Origin: Myxococcales bacterium
Lineage (GTDB): Bacteria > Myxococcota_A > Polyangia > Nannocystales > Nannocystaceae
Assembly: GCA_020633335.1 (NCBI GenBank)
Contig: JACKDU010000002.1
Coordinates: forward strand, 186,730-250,729
Length of the DNA: 64,000 bases
Reading direction: 5' to 3'
Numbering within the stretch: the stretch's first letter is position 1; each line of letters begins with the position of its first letter. Of the stretch, positions 22,801 to 31,970 are shown in pieces. The notes beneath the pieces are model-generated. The model was not told where the DNA came from. It worked only from the letters and a program-made list of their open reading frames with translations, and did no database searches. Both the position numbers and the translations under genes were made by a program.

Positions 22801-23430
22801 CTAGCGCTCCATGAGCTGACCCAGCGCCCGCCGGACGACCTCGTCGAGGCTGGCGTCGCCGAGGTCGCCGGTCGCGGCCAGGCGGCCGAGGGCCGCGTCG
22901 ACCTCGCGCGCGCGCCAGCCGAGGCCGACCAGGACCTCCTTGGCCTCGGCCACGAGCGCGTCGCTCGGGTCGCCGGCCGCCGCCTCCGCCGGCGCCTCCG
23001 CCCCGGGCTCCGCCGGCACGAGGCCGTCGAGCTTGCCCTTGAGCGAGAGGAGGATCTGCTCGGCGGTCTTCTTGCCGATCCCCGGGATCTTCTCGAGCTT
23101 GCCCTGCTCGCCGGCCGCGAGGCAGGTGACCAGCTCACCGAAGGGGAGCCCGCCGAGGACCGCGATCGCGTTCTTCGGCCCGACCTTCGGGACCCCGAGG
23201 AGCCGGAGGAAGAGCTCGCGCTCGGCCGCGCTGGCGAAGCCGAAGAGGGCGATGATGTCCTCACGGACATGTGTGTGGATCCAGAGCTCGCAGCGCTCGC
23301 CGACCGCGGGGATCGACCCGAGCGTCTGGATCGACACCCGCACCTCGTAGCCGACCCCGCCGACGTCGACGGTGACCGTCGCGCTCCGCGGGTCGCGGAT
23401 CAGAACCTGTCCTGAGAGCCATCCAATCAT
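22801..23430 (-). CDS. ruvA: Holliday junction DNA helicase RuvA
   Basis: MIGWLSGQV start, HhH motifs (LLGVPKVGPKNAIAVL; IPGIGKKTAEQI) and C-terminal domain III. Confidence 0.85.
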   Translation of the reverse strand: MIGWLSGQVLIRDPRSATVTVDVGGVGYEVRVSIQTLGSIPAVGERCELWIHTHVREDIIALFGFASAAERELFLRLLGVPKVGPKNAIAVLGGLPFGELVTCLAAGEQGKLEKIPGIGKKTAEQILLSLKGKLDGLVPAEPGAEAPAEAAAGDPSDALVAEAKEVLVGLGWRAREVDAALGRLAATGDLGDASLDEVVRRALGQLMER

Positions 23431-23954
23431 CGACGCGCGCCTCGTGGGCCGCCGCCCGCGGGCGGGGCGTGGCGAGTGTGCCCGTAGCAGAGGGCGATCG
23501 CCAGGGCGTCGGCGGCGTCCGAGCTCGGCTCCCGGCGGAGGCGGCAGAGGAGGCGCACCCGGGCCTGGATCTCCGCCTTGGTCGCCCGCCCGTGGCCGAC
23601 CACCGCCTTCTTGACCATCGCCGGCGGGTACTCCTCGATCTCGAGGCCGCGGGCGACCGCCAGCGCGAGGATCGCCCCGCGGGCCTGGCCCAGCTTGAGC
23701 GCCGACATCGCGTTGACCCCGTGGAAGGCGGCCTCGATCGCCAGCACCCCCGGCCGCAGCTCGCCGATCACCTCGTCGATCGCGGTCACCAGGCGATGGA
23801 GGCGCTGGGGGATCGACTCGTCGGTCGGCAGGCGGAGGACGCCGCACTCGACGTACTCGACCGCCGGCCCCGCGAGATCGAGGACGCCATAGCCGACCAC
23901 CCGGGTCCCGGGATCGATCCCCAGGACCCGGATCGCCTGCGAGCGGCTGCGCAT
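23427..23954 (-). CDS. ruvC: crossover junction endodeoxyribonuclease RuvC
   Basis: VLGIDPGTRVVGYGVLD and IEAAFHGVNAMSALKLGQARG are RuvC catalytic blocks; ATGA overlap with ruvA. Confidence 0.85.
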   Translation of the reverse strand: MRSRSQAIRVLGIDPGTRVVGYGVLDLAGPAVEYVECGVLRLPTDESIPQRLHRLVTAIDEVIGELRPGVLAIEAAFHGVNAMSALKLGQARGAILALAVARGLEIEEYPPAMVKKAVVGHGRATKAEIQARVRLLCRLRREPSSDAADALAIALCYGHTRHAPPAGGGPRGARR

Positions 23955-24049
23955 CGCCAGCACACGCCTAGGCTCGCACGGGCGACCGCAGGAGCGCCAG
24001 AATTCCGGCGTTCGAGCGCCCGCGCAGAATCGAGCCCTCGGCGCGGATG

Positions 24050-24796
24050 CTAGAGGCCGTACTCCTCCATCACGTCGTCAGGCAGCGTGACGTTGGCGTA
24101 GACGCTCTGGACGTCGTCGTGCTCGTCGAGGAGCGACCAGAGGCGGCCGGCCTGGTTGGCCTGCGAGCCCTCGAGCGCGAGCTCGTTCTCCGGCTTGCAG
24201 AGGTAGCGGACCTCGGCGTTGGGCTCGAGGTCGCTGAGCTCCCCCTCGACCGCGGCGAAGTCGGTGGGCTCGCAGATCACCCCCCAGGAGGCGTCCCAGT
24301 CCTGGATGTCCTCGGCGCCGGCGCCGAGCGCCCGCTCCATCAGGGCCTCCTCGCCGATCTTCTCCTTGTCGATCTCGATCACGCCCTTGTAGTCGAACAT
24401 CCAGGCGACCGAGCCGCCGGCGGTCATCTCGCCGCCGTTCTTGCCGAAGAGGGAGCGGATCTCCGCGACCGTGCGGTTCTTGTTGTCGGTGATCCCGGCG
24501 ACCAGGAAGCAGGCGCCCGCCGGCCCCCGTCCCTCGTAGAGGAAGGCCTCAAAGGTGACGTTGCCGAGCTCGCCGGTGCCCTTCTTGATCGCCCGCTCCT
24601 GGTTGTCCTTCGGCATGTTGGCCGAACGGGCCTGGGCGAGCGCGAGGCGCAGACGGGGGTTCCCCGCCGGATCGCCGCCCCCCTCCTTGGCGGCGACCAT
24701 GATCTCACGGGCGATCTTCGTGAAGATCTTGCCCTTCTTGGCGTCGACGAGCGCCTTCTTCCGCTTGATCGTGGACCATTTGCTGTGGCCGGACAT
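24050..24796 (-). CDS. yebC: YebC/PmpR family DNA-binding transcriptional regulator
   Basis: MSGHSKWSTIKRKKALVDAKKGKIFTKIAREI is the hallmark N-terminus; classic yebC-ruvC-ruvA arrangement. Confidence 0.85.
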   Translation of the reverse strand: MSGHSKWSTIKRKKALVDAKKGKIFTKIAREIMVAAKEGGGDPAGNPRLRLALAQARSANMPKDNQERAIKKGTGELGNVTFEAFLYEGRGPAGACFLVAGITDNKNRTVAEIRSLFGKNGGEMTAGGSVAWMFDYKGVIEIDKEKIGEEALMERALGAGAEDIQDWDASWGVICEPTDFAAVEGELSDLEPNAEVRYLCKPENELALEGSQANQAGRLWSLLDEHDDVQSVYANVTLPDDVMEEYGL

Positions 24797-24857
24797 CGCC
24801 ACCGTAGGTACCACAGGGCCTCTCGCGGGAAAATGGGGTCGGGTACACTCGCCCGCC

Positions 24858-27074
24858 GTGGGCGCGGAGCGTGAGCACGGGGACTCGTCGGCGTCGCTGA
24901 TCGGCGACGCCGGCTGGCTGCCGCCGACCCCCGGCCGCGGCGCCACCCTCGGGACCTTCGTCGGGGTCTTTCGCCCCACCCTCCTGACCATCATCGGCCT
25001 GGTGATGTACCTCCGGCAGGGCTGGGTCGTCGGCAACGCCGGCCTCCTCGGCGGCCTCGCCATCCTCGGCCTGACCTTCGCGATCACCGGGGCGACCGCC
25101 CTCTCCTTCTCGGCGATCACCACCAACATCCGGATCGGCGCCGGCGGGGCGTTCGCGCTGGTCTCCCGCTCCCTCGGCCTCGAGGCCGGCGGGGCGATCG
25201 GCATCCCCCTCTTCCTCGCGCAGTCGCTCTCGGTCGCCTTCTACATGTACGGCTTCGCCGAGGGCTGGCTCTACCTCTTCCCCGACCACGAGCGCGCCTG
25301 GGTGCTCTGGGGGGTCTTCGCGGGCGGCTTCGGGCTCTCGCTGATCAGCGAGAAGCTCGCGCTCCGCTCGCAATCGATCGTGATGCTCGGGGTCGTCGTC
25401 GCCCTCGCGTCGATCTGGGGCGGGCTCTGGACGGCCCCCGAGCTCCACCGCCCCGAGCTGATCGGCGACTTCGCCGACGGCGACTTCTGGGAGCTCTTCG
25501 CGGTCTACTTCCCCGCCGGGACCGGGATCATGGTCGGCGCGAGCCTCACGGGGAAGCTCCGGGAGCCCCGCCGGAGCATCCCCCGGGGGATCCTCGGCGC
25601 CTGGGCGGTCGCGCTCGCGGTCTACCTCCTCACCTTCCTCTGGTACGCGGCCGTCGCCACCCCGGCGGAGCTCCGCGGCGATCCGCTGGTGTCGATCCAC
25701 CGCGCGGCCTGGAGCCCGGGGGTCCTCATCGGCCTGATGTCGTCGTGCTTCTCGGCGATGCTCGGCTCGGTCGTCGCCGCCCCCAACGTCCTCGCCGCCC
25801 TCGCCAGCCACCGCCTGGTCCCCTTCGCCGACCGGATCGCCAGGCAGTCGCGCTCGGGGACCGCCCGGGTCGCGGTCCTGGTCTCGGGGGCGATCGTCGC
25901 CCTGGCGATCCTCCTCGGCGACCTCAACCGGGTCGCCGGGATGATCACGATGTTCTTCCTGATCACCTACGCGACGATCAACCTGGTCGTCCTGGTCGAG
26001 CAGCGCCTCAAGCTGATCTCGTTCCGGCCGACCCTGCGGGTGCCGAAGGTGGTCCCGCTCTTCGGCGCGGCCGCCTCGGTCTTTGCGATGGTGGTCACCA
26101 ACCCGGCCTTCGGCCTCATCGCCCTCGCGGTCGTCGTCGGCCTCTACCTCTTCTTTAGCCGCCGCAACCTCGACACCCCCTGGGAGACCGTCCGCTCCGG
26201 CCTGGTGACGGCGATCGCCGACTGGGTGGCGAAGGCGAGCCAGCGGATCTCCGGGCCGCAGTACCGGGCCTGGAAGCCCGACGTGCTGATGCCGGTGGTC
26301 GCCGGCGAGTGCCTCTCACCGGCCTGCATGCTCCTCCGCGACGTCGTCTGCCCGCGCGGGAGCGTGCAGATCCTCGGGGTCTTCGCCGGCGGCGCCGCCC
26401 GCCAGCCGCCGCCCGGGATCGCCGAGCTCCTCGCCGGCCTCCACCGCGCCGACCTCCTCGCCCGCTACGCGCCGATCGAGGCGCCGGGCCTCCTGCCGGC
26501 GATCCGGGCCGCGCTCTCGGTCCTCGCCGGCGCCTTCTACCGGCCCAACGTCCTCTTCATCGACGGCAGCGGCCGCACCGAGGAGGAGATCCAGGAGCTC
26601 CTCCGCCTCGCCCGCCGCCAGGACATCGGCTTCGTCCTCCTCCTCCCGCCGGAGGGCGGGCCGGCGCCGGCGATCCAGGCGATCAACCTCTGGGTCCGCG
26701 ATCAGAGCCCGAACTGGCGCCTCGGCCTCCAGCTCGCCAACCTCGACCTCGCGCTCCTCCTCGGCCACCAGCTCCAGCGGAACTCCGGCGGCCGCCTCCG
26801 GCTGATCTCGGTGATCGCCGACGCCGAGAACCTGCCGGCCGCCCGCCACTACCTCCGGCGCATGCGCGACGAAGCCCGCCTCGACGCGAGCACGGAGATC
26901 GTCGTCGAGGAGGGCAACTTCGCGGCGCTCCAGGCCCGGGCGCCGGCGGCTGAGGTGTCGATCCTCGGGATCCCCGAGACCATCGACCTCGCCGCGCTCA
27001 CGGCGATCCAGCGCGGGATCGGCTCGACCTGCCTCTTCGTGCACGACTCGTCACTGGAGTCAGCGCTCGCCTGA
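24858..27074 (+). CDS. APC-superfamily transporter, cation-chloride cotransporter (SLC12)-like with large cytoplasmic C-terminal domain
   Basis: 12 predicted TM segments (MYLRQGWVVGNAGLLGGLAILGLTFAITGATALS...) and a ~300-aa soluble C-terminus; GTG at 24858 is the first start after the yebC overlap. Confidence 0.65.
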   Translation: MGAEREHGDSSASLIGDAGWLPPTPGRGATLGTFVGVFRPTLLTIIGLVMYLRQGWVVGNAGLLGGLAILGLTFAITGATALSFSAITTNIRIGAGGAFALVSRSLGLEAGGAIGIPLFLAQSLSVAFYMYGFAEGWLYLFPDHERAWVLWGVFAGGFGLSLISEKLALRSQSIVMLGVVVALASIWGGLWTAPELHRPELIGDFADGDFWELFAVYFPAGTGIMVGASLTGKLREPRRSIPRGILGAWAVALAVYLLTFLWYAAVATPAELRGDPLVSIHRAAWSPGVLIGLMSSCFSAMLGSVVAAPNVLAALASHRLVPFADRIARQSRSGTARVAVLVSGAIVALAILLGDLNRVAGMITMFFLITYATINLVVLVEQRLKLISFRPTLRVPKVVPLFGAAASVFAMVVTNPAFGLIALAVVVGLYLFFSRRNLDTPWETVRSGLVTAIADWVAKASQRISGPQYRAWKPDVLMPVVAGECLSPACMLLRDVVCPRGSVQILGVFAGGAARQPPPGIAELLAGLHRADLLARYAPIEAPGLLPAIRAALSVLAGAFYRPNVLFIDGSGRTEEEIQELLRLARRQDIGFVLLLPPEGGPAPAIQAINLWVRDQSPNWRLGLQLANLDLALLLGHQLQRNSGGRLRLISVIADAENLPAARHYLRRMRDEARLDASTEIVVEEGNFAALQARAPAAEVSILGIPETIDLAALTAIQRGIGSTCLFVHDSSLESALA

Positions 27075-27111
27075 GGCAGGTCGTCGCCGCCGCGAGTCCG
27101 CGGCGTGGGGG

Positions 27112-27759
27112 CTAGTTGGCCTTGGCCGAGCCCTTGACGATCTCGTAGACCTTCTTGGCGTCGTCCTCGGTGTAGGCCTGCGGCGGGGTCGAGAACGCGT
27201 CCATCGGCTTGTCGTCGTGGAACGAGTAGATGGCGCCGTCCTTCTCGACGAAGAAGTACCAGTGCGACTCGGGGGCGTACTTGATGCCGTTGTCCTCGTC
27301 GTTCATCTGGTAGGTGAAGACGAAGCCGGCGTCCTCGTCGACGATCTTCTTGCCGTCCTTGTACGAGGAGTTGCCGATCGACGACGACTCACCCCACTCG
27401 ATGCCCTCCTTGACCGAGGAGACCGCGAGGGCGCCGACGGTGATCATGTAGTGGGGGGCGATCTTGATGTCGACGCCGCCGTTGCCGTTCTTCTCGAAGG
27501 CCGCGTCCTTCGGCGCCTTGACCGTGACGTTGATCATGGGCGAGACCTCCTTGAGGTCCTTCTCGACCCAGTCGGCCTCGTTGATCGTGAGCTTCGGGAC
27601 CTCAACGGCCGGGGCCGCGTCGGCCTCCTTGGCGCCGTCGCCCTTGTCGGCGCCCTCGGCGGGGGCCTTGTCACCGGAGGCAGCGGGCTCGGAGGAGCCA
27701 CCGCAGGCCGCCAGCGCGAGCGTGAACATCGAGACGACCGTGATGTGTGTGAGCTTCAT
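27112..27759 (-). CDS. lipoprotein, function unknown (lower-GC, Lys/Asp-rich)
   Basis: lipobox LALAACGG after MKLTHITVVSMFT; composition typical of exported proteins. Confidence 0.55.
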   Translation of the reverse strand: MKLTHITVVSMFTLALAACGGSSEPAASGDKAPAEGADKGDGAKEADAAPAVEVPKLTINEADWVEKDLKEVSPMINVTVKAPKDAAFEKNGNGGVDIKIAPHYMITVGALAVSSVKEGIEWGESSSIGNSSYKDGKKIVDEDAGFVFTYQMNDEDNGIKYAPESHWYFFVEKDGAIYSFHDDKPMDAFSTPPQAYTEDDAKKVYEIVKGSAKAN

Positions 27760-27924
27760 GGCGGCGGCTTATCCCACAGGCCGCGCGCGGTGTCGAGCAT
27801 TCGGCGCGCTCCGGCGCGCCGGCGGAGATGCCAGCGTCCCGTCAGCGCGCCCCGCGCGTGAGCCGCGGCGAGGTCACTGGACCCCGCCACGGCACGAATT
27901 CTCCGCTCGCTCGCCGCCTGCGGC

Positions 27925-29934
27925 CTAGCGGCGGCGGCGGACGAGGCCGAAGAGGGCGAGCGAGAGGAGGCCGAGGAGCCCCTGCCGGCCGCCCTCCGCG
28001 TCCGCCCGGCAGCCGCAGCCGTCCTCATCGAGGACCTCGCCGCCGCTGGTCGCCGAGTCGGTGCCTGTGGTGTCGCCGGTGCTCCCCCCGCTCGCCGCGG
28101 TCGACGCGGTCGTCGCCGAGGTCGTCGCCCCGCCGGTGCCACTCGCCGAGTCCGAGGTCCCGCTCGCGTCGGTGGTCCCGCCCGTGCTCGCCCCCGTGGT
28201 CTCGCCGCCGGTCGAGACCCCGCCGGTGGTCGCGTCGGTGGTCCCGGTGCCGACGTCGGTGGTCGTCCCGTCGGTGTCGGTCGTCGTGCCGGTGGTCCCC
28301 GCCTCGATCAGGCAGGTCGCCGAGCAGCCGTCCCCGTCCTCGGTGTTGGCGTCGTCGCACTCCTCGACGCCCTCCTGGACGAAGCCGTCGCCGCAGGCCG
28401 CCGGCTGGCAGAATGAGGTGCAGGCGTCGGTGTCGACGTCGTTGCCGTCGTCGCAGCCCTCGATCCCCTCCTGGACGAAGCCGTCGCCGCAGGCCGCGAG
28501 CGCGCAGGCCGACGTGCAATCGTCGGTGTCGATGTCGTTGCCGTCATCGCAGGCCTCGACCCCGTCCTGGACGAAGCCGTCGCCGCAGGCCGCCGGCTGG
28601 CAGAGCGAGGTGCACTCGTCGGTGTCGATGTCGTTGCCGTCGTCGCAGCCCTCGAGGCCCTGGAGGATCTTGCCGTCGCCGCAGCAGCTCGGCAGCTCGA
28701 GCTTGAGGATCGCCTCGACCGCGCCGTTGCCGTCGTCGATGTCGACCTCGACGTAGACGAAGCCGTCGGTGAAGAGATCGAGGCCGGGGCCGATCCCGGA
28801 CGAGGCGTTGAAGTCGGTGACCGTGAAGTCGCCGACCCCGTCGTCGTCGACGTCGATCTCGTCGCCGGTGTGGAGGACGACCTTCGACTCGTCGATCGCC
28901 GCGGCGTCGCAGGCGTAGAAGAGGACCTCGTTGCCGCCGGTGTAGCCCCAGAGGTGGACCGCCGAGTCGATGTCCGAGATGCTCAGGGCGTTGACCGTCG
29001 CGGCGTTGAGGAGGGTGACGCCGGCGATCTGGTCGCCCTCGCGGATCTGGATCTGGCCGTTGTAGGCGATGAAGTGATCGGTCGCGCCGTCGCCGTCGGT
29101 GTCGCCGGAGAAGAGGTAGTTGCCCGCCTTGTTGATCGACGGCACCCCGAAGTTGTCCCAGTTGTCGCCGGTCCCGTTCGGCGAGGCCTCGCGGGCGACG
29201 ATCATCCCGTCGACCAGGAGCGCGCCGTCGTTGACCGTCGAGCCGGTGTCGAAGAGGACCTCGTGGATGTGGTGGCTGCCGTCGCTCGCGATCTCGTAGT
29301 CGAAGCCGACGCCGCTCGGCCGGTCGATCGCCAGGCCGCCGAAGACGTCGTCGGAGCGGAAGACGACCTCGATGTTGTTGGGGTCGGCGTCGACCGCCTT
29401 GTAGAAGACCCGCGCGACCGACGAGTTGCCGCCCTGATCGTTGAAGCCGGCGACCCAGTAGACGGTGCCGTCCGGGGTCATCGTCGGCCGGCTGTGGAAG
29501 GTGGTGACCGCGTTGGCGATCCCGGCGGCGGCCTCGGTCGCCCTGGCGATCTTGCCGCTCTGCCCCCAGACGCCGTCGGAGCCGGAGATCGACGGGCTGT
29601 AGATGAAGCCCTTCGAGCTCGCGCCCATCGTCGACTCGCCGCCCGTGAGGGTCTCGACCAGCTCATCGCTCGCCTTGAAGGCGACCCCGCCGGCGCTCCA
29701 GACGAAGGTGTCGCTCGCGCCGAGGCGGCCGGTGAAGGCGACGTCGCCGTCGCCGTCGGTGAAGGGCGAATTGATCACCTGGACGGGCTCGTTCTCGCCG
29801 GGCGGCACGTCGCCGACCTTGACGACGACCGACGCCGGGACGATCGCAGCGTCCGCGCGCAGACCGAGGAGAGCGACCGCGGCCGCCGAGGAGAGGGTGA
29901 AGAAGGTGCGGGCGCCCGCCGAGGAGAAGATCAT
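27925..29934 (-). CDS. large secreted protein with tandem Myxococcus cysteine-rich repeats and MYXO-CTERM sorting signal
   Basis: signal peptide; four repeats of CGDGFVQ[DE]G[VI]E.CDDGN..DTD.CTS.C; C-terminus [31 protein letters not shown]. Confidence 0.7.
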   Translation of the reverse strand: MIFSSAGARTFFTLSSAAAVALLGLRADAAIVPASVVVKVGDVPPGENEPVQVINSPFTDGDGDVAFTGRLGASDTFVWSAGGVAFKASDELVETLTGGESTMGASSKGFIYSPSISGSDGVWGQSGKIARATEAAAGIANAVTTFHSRPTMTPDGTVYWVAGFNDQGGNSSVARVFYKAVDADPNNIEVVFRSDDVFGGLAIDRPSGVGFDYEIASDGSHHIHEVLFDTGSTVNDGALLVDGMIVAREASPNGTGDNWDNFGVPSINKAGNYLFSGDTDGDGATDHFIAYNGQIQIREGDQIAGVTLLNAATVNALSISDIDSAVHLWGYTGGNEVLFYACDAAAIDESKVVLHTGDEIDVDDDGVGDFTVTDFNASSGIGPGLDLFTDGFVYVEVDIDDGNGAVEAILKLELPSCCGDGKILQGLEGCDDGNDIDTDECTSLCQPAACGDGFVQDGVEACDDGNDIDTDDCTSACALAACGDGFVQEGIEGCDDGNDVDTDACTSFCQPAACGDGFVQEGVEECDDANTEDGDGCSATCLIEAGTTGTTTDTDGTTTDVGTGTTDATTGGVSTGGETTGASTGGTTDASGTSDSASGTGGATTSATTASTAASGGSTGDTTGTDSATSGGEVLDEDGCGCRADAEGGRQGLLGLLSLALFGLVRRRR

Positions 29935-30064
29935 GGGGCGATGCTAACAACGACCCCGCCGGCCCCAGCGCCGAAATCGCCGCCGAGGAGCGACGGCCCT
30001 GGGGCCGCGGAGCCGCCCTCAGCGCCGACAATTCACGGAGTTCTCGGGCGGCAGCCAGGGGGCC

Positions 30065-31582
30065 ATGTGCGTTACATTCCGCGCCGTGCCCGAGCTCCTC
30101 GACGCCCCCATCCACGACCTCGCCCGCAGGATCCGCGCCCGCACGCTCTCGCCGGTCGAGCTGGTGGACGCCCACATCGCCCGCATCGAGGCCGTGAACC
30201 CCCGGATCAACGCGGTGATCGCCGAGCGCTTCGCGGCCGCCCGGGAGGAGGCCGCCGCCGCCGAGGCGCAGGTGATGCGCACGAGCGACGCCGACGCCCT
30301 CCCGCCCCTCCTCGGGATCCCCTTCACGGCCAAGGAGTACATCGCCGCCGAGGGGATGCCGCTGAGCGGCGGGGTCTGGGCGCGGCGCCACGTCCGGGCC
30401 GAGCGCGACGCCGAGACGATCCGCCGCCTCCGCGGCGCCGGGGCGATCCTCGTCGGGATCACCAACGTCCCCGAGGGCGGCCTCTGGATGGAGACCTACA
30501 ACGCGATCTACGGGCGCACGCGCAACCCCTGGCACCTCGGGCGGACCTGCGGGGGCTCGTCGGGCGGCGACGGGGCGATCGTCGGCGCCGGCGGGGTCCC
30601 CTTCGCCCTCGGGGCCGACGTCGGCGGGTCGATCCGGATCCCGGCCGCCTTCTGCGGCGCGGTCGGTCACAAGCCCACCGGGCGGATGGTCCCCAACACC
30701 GGCTTCTGGCCCGAGGCCGAGGGCGAGCTCTCGGCCTACCTCGTCTGCGGCCCGATCGCCCGCTCGAGCCGCGACCTGATGCCGATCCTCAAGGTGCTCG
30801 CCGGCCCCGACGGCGCCGATCCGGTCTGCCGCCCCTGGACCCTCGGCGATCCCGACGCGGTCGATCTCCGCGACGTCGTCGTCTTCCCGGTCGAGAGCAA
30901 CGGCGCGACCCGGGTCCGCCGGGTGATGCGCCAGGGGGTCCAGCGGGCCGCCGACGCGCTCGCGGCCCGGGGCGCGACGATCGCCGAGCTGAAGGCGCCG
31001 GCGATGAAGCGGGCCTTCATGATCTGGTCGTCGATGATGACCGCCGCCGGCGGCCCGAGCTACGGCGAGATCCTCGGCGGCGACGCGCCGATGCGGCCGG
31101 GGCGCGAGCTCCTCAAGATGCTCGTCGGCCGCTCGCGCCACACCTTCCCGGCGGCGATGGTCGTCGCCGCCGAGCGGGTGACCAAGCTGATCCCGGCGCG
31201 GGTCGACGCGATGGTCGCCGCCGGCAAGGCGCTCCAGCGCGAGCTTGAGGACATCCTCGGCCCGAACGGCATCCTCCTCCACCCGCCCTACAGCCGACCG
31301 GCGCCCCGCCACTACGGGCCGATGCTCACGCCCTTCGACTTCGTCTGCACCGGACTCTTTAATGTGCTCGAGTTCCCGTCGACGACGGTGCCGGTGGCCT
31401 TTGATCGCCACGGGCTGCCGGTCGGCGTCCAGGTGATCGGCCGCCGCGGCGACGATCACCTGACGATCGCGGTCGCCGGCGCCCTCGAGGAGGCGTTTGG
31501 GGGCTGGCGGCGGGCCGAGCCGGCGGCGCGCGGGCGAGGGGCGGCCGCCGACGCGGCCGCGGCCGCGAGCCCGGCGGCGTAG
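30065..31582 (+). CDS. amidase-signature family enzyme (GatA-like amidase)
   Basis: GGSSGGDGAIVGAG and GADVGGSIRIPAAFCG are the Ser-cisSer-Lys amidase signature. Confidence 0.8.
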   Translation: MCVTFRAVPELLDAPIHDLARRIRARTLSPVELVDAHIARIEAVNPRINAVIAERFAAAREEAAAAEAQVMRTSDADALPPLLGIPFTAKEYIAAEGMPLSGGVWARRHVRAERDAETIRRLRGAGAILVGITNVPEGGLWMETYNAIYGRTRNPWHLGRTCGGSSGGDGAIVGAGGVPFALGADVGGSIRIPAAFCGAVGHKPTGRMVPNTGFWPEAEGELSAYLVCGPIARSSRDLMPILKVLAGPDGADPVCRPWTLGDPDAVDLRDVVVFPVESNGATRVRRVMRQGVQRAADALAARGATIAELKAPAMKRAFMIWSSMMTAAGGPSYGEILGGDAPMRPGRELLKMLVGRSRHTFPAAMVVAAERVTKLIPARVDAMVAAGKALQRELEDILGPNGILLHPPYSRPAPRHYGPMLTPFDFVCTGLFNVLEFPSTTVPVAFDRHGLPVGVQVIGRRGDDHLTIAVAGALEEAFGGWRRAEPAARGRGAAADAAAAASPAA

Positions 31583-31635
31583 GCCGATCGCGGGCCGGGG
31601 CCGAGGGTCGAGGCTCGAGGCTCGATTGATCGGTC

Positions 31636-31716
31636 TGCGGATCTCACCGGGACGATCTCTCGAGCGCGTCGATCGGAGCCGATCTCGGTGAGCCGATCTC
31701 ACTGACTCGATCTCGA
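31636..31716. repeat. array of five to six CGATCTC direct repeats at ~14-bp period in the intergenic region upstream of the SAH-repeat gene
   Basis: gatctc at 31640, 31654, 31681, 31695 and 31709, with a degenerate gatcgg at 31671; followed by an aattttt stretch. Confidence 0.4.
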
Positions 31717-31970
31717 ATTTTTCGGGACCAGGAGGTCGTCGCCTCGTGATCGGCGGATCGCCACGTCGATCGTCGGCGCCTCAGCGAAGGCACGTCGCCC
31801 GGAAAAAGGCAAAAATTTGGCCCGCTCCCGGGGACGTGGCATCTCGGTCAGGTGGTGATCGACGTCCCCTCCCAGGGCGTCGGCGGAGGTCGCCGCTGCG
31901 ATCTCCGACAACGGTGCGTCACCGCGAAAGAACAACCCCCCCGATCTGCCTCCGCTACACTGTGCCCGCC

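Noticed and set aside
28870-31248. 792-aa plus-strand ORF
   Set aside because: Runs antisense through the MYXO-CTERM gene and out of frame through the amidase gene; Arg/Gly/Asp-rich junk.
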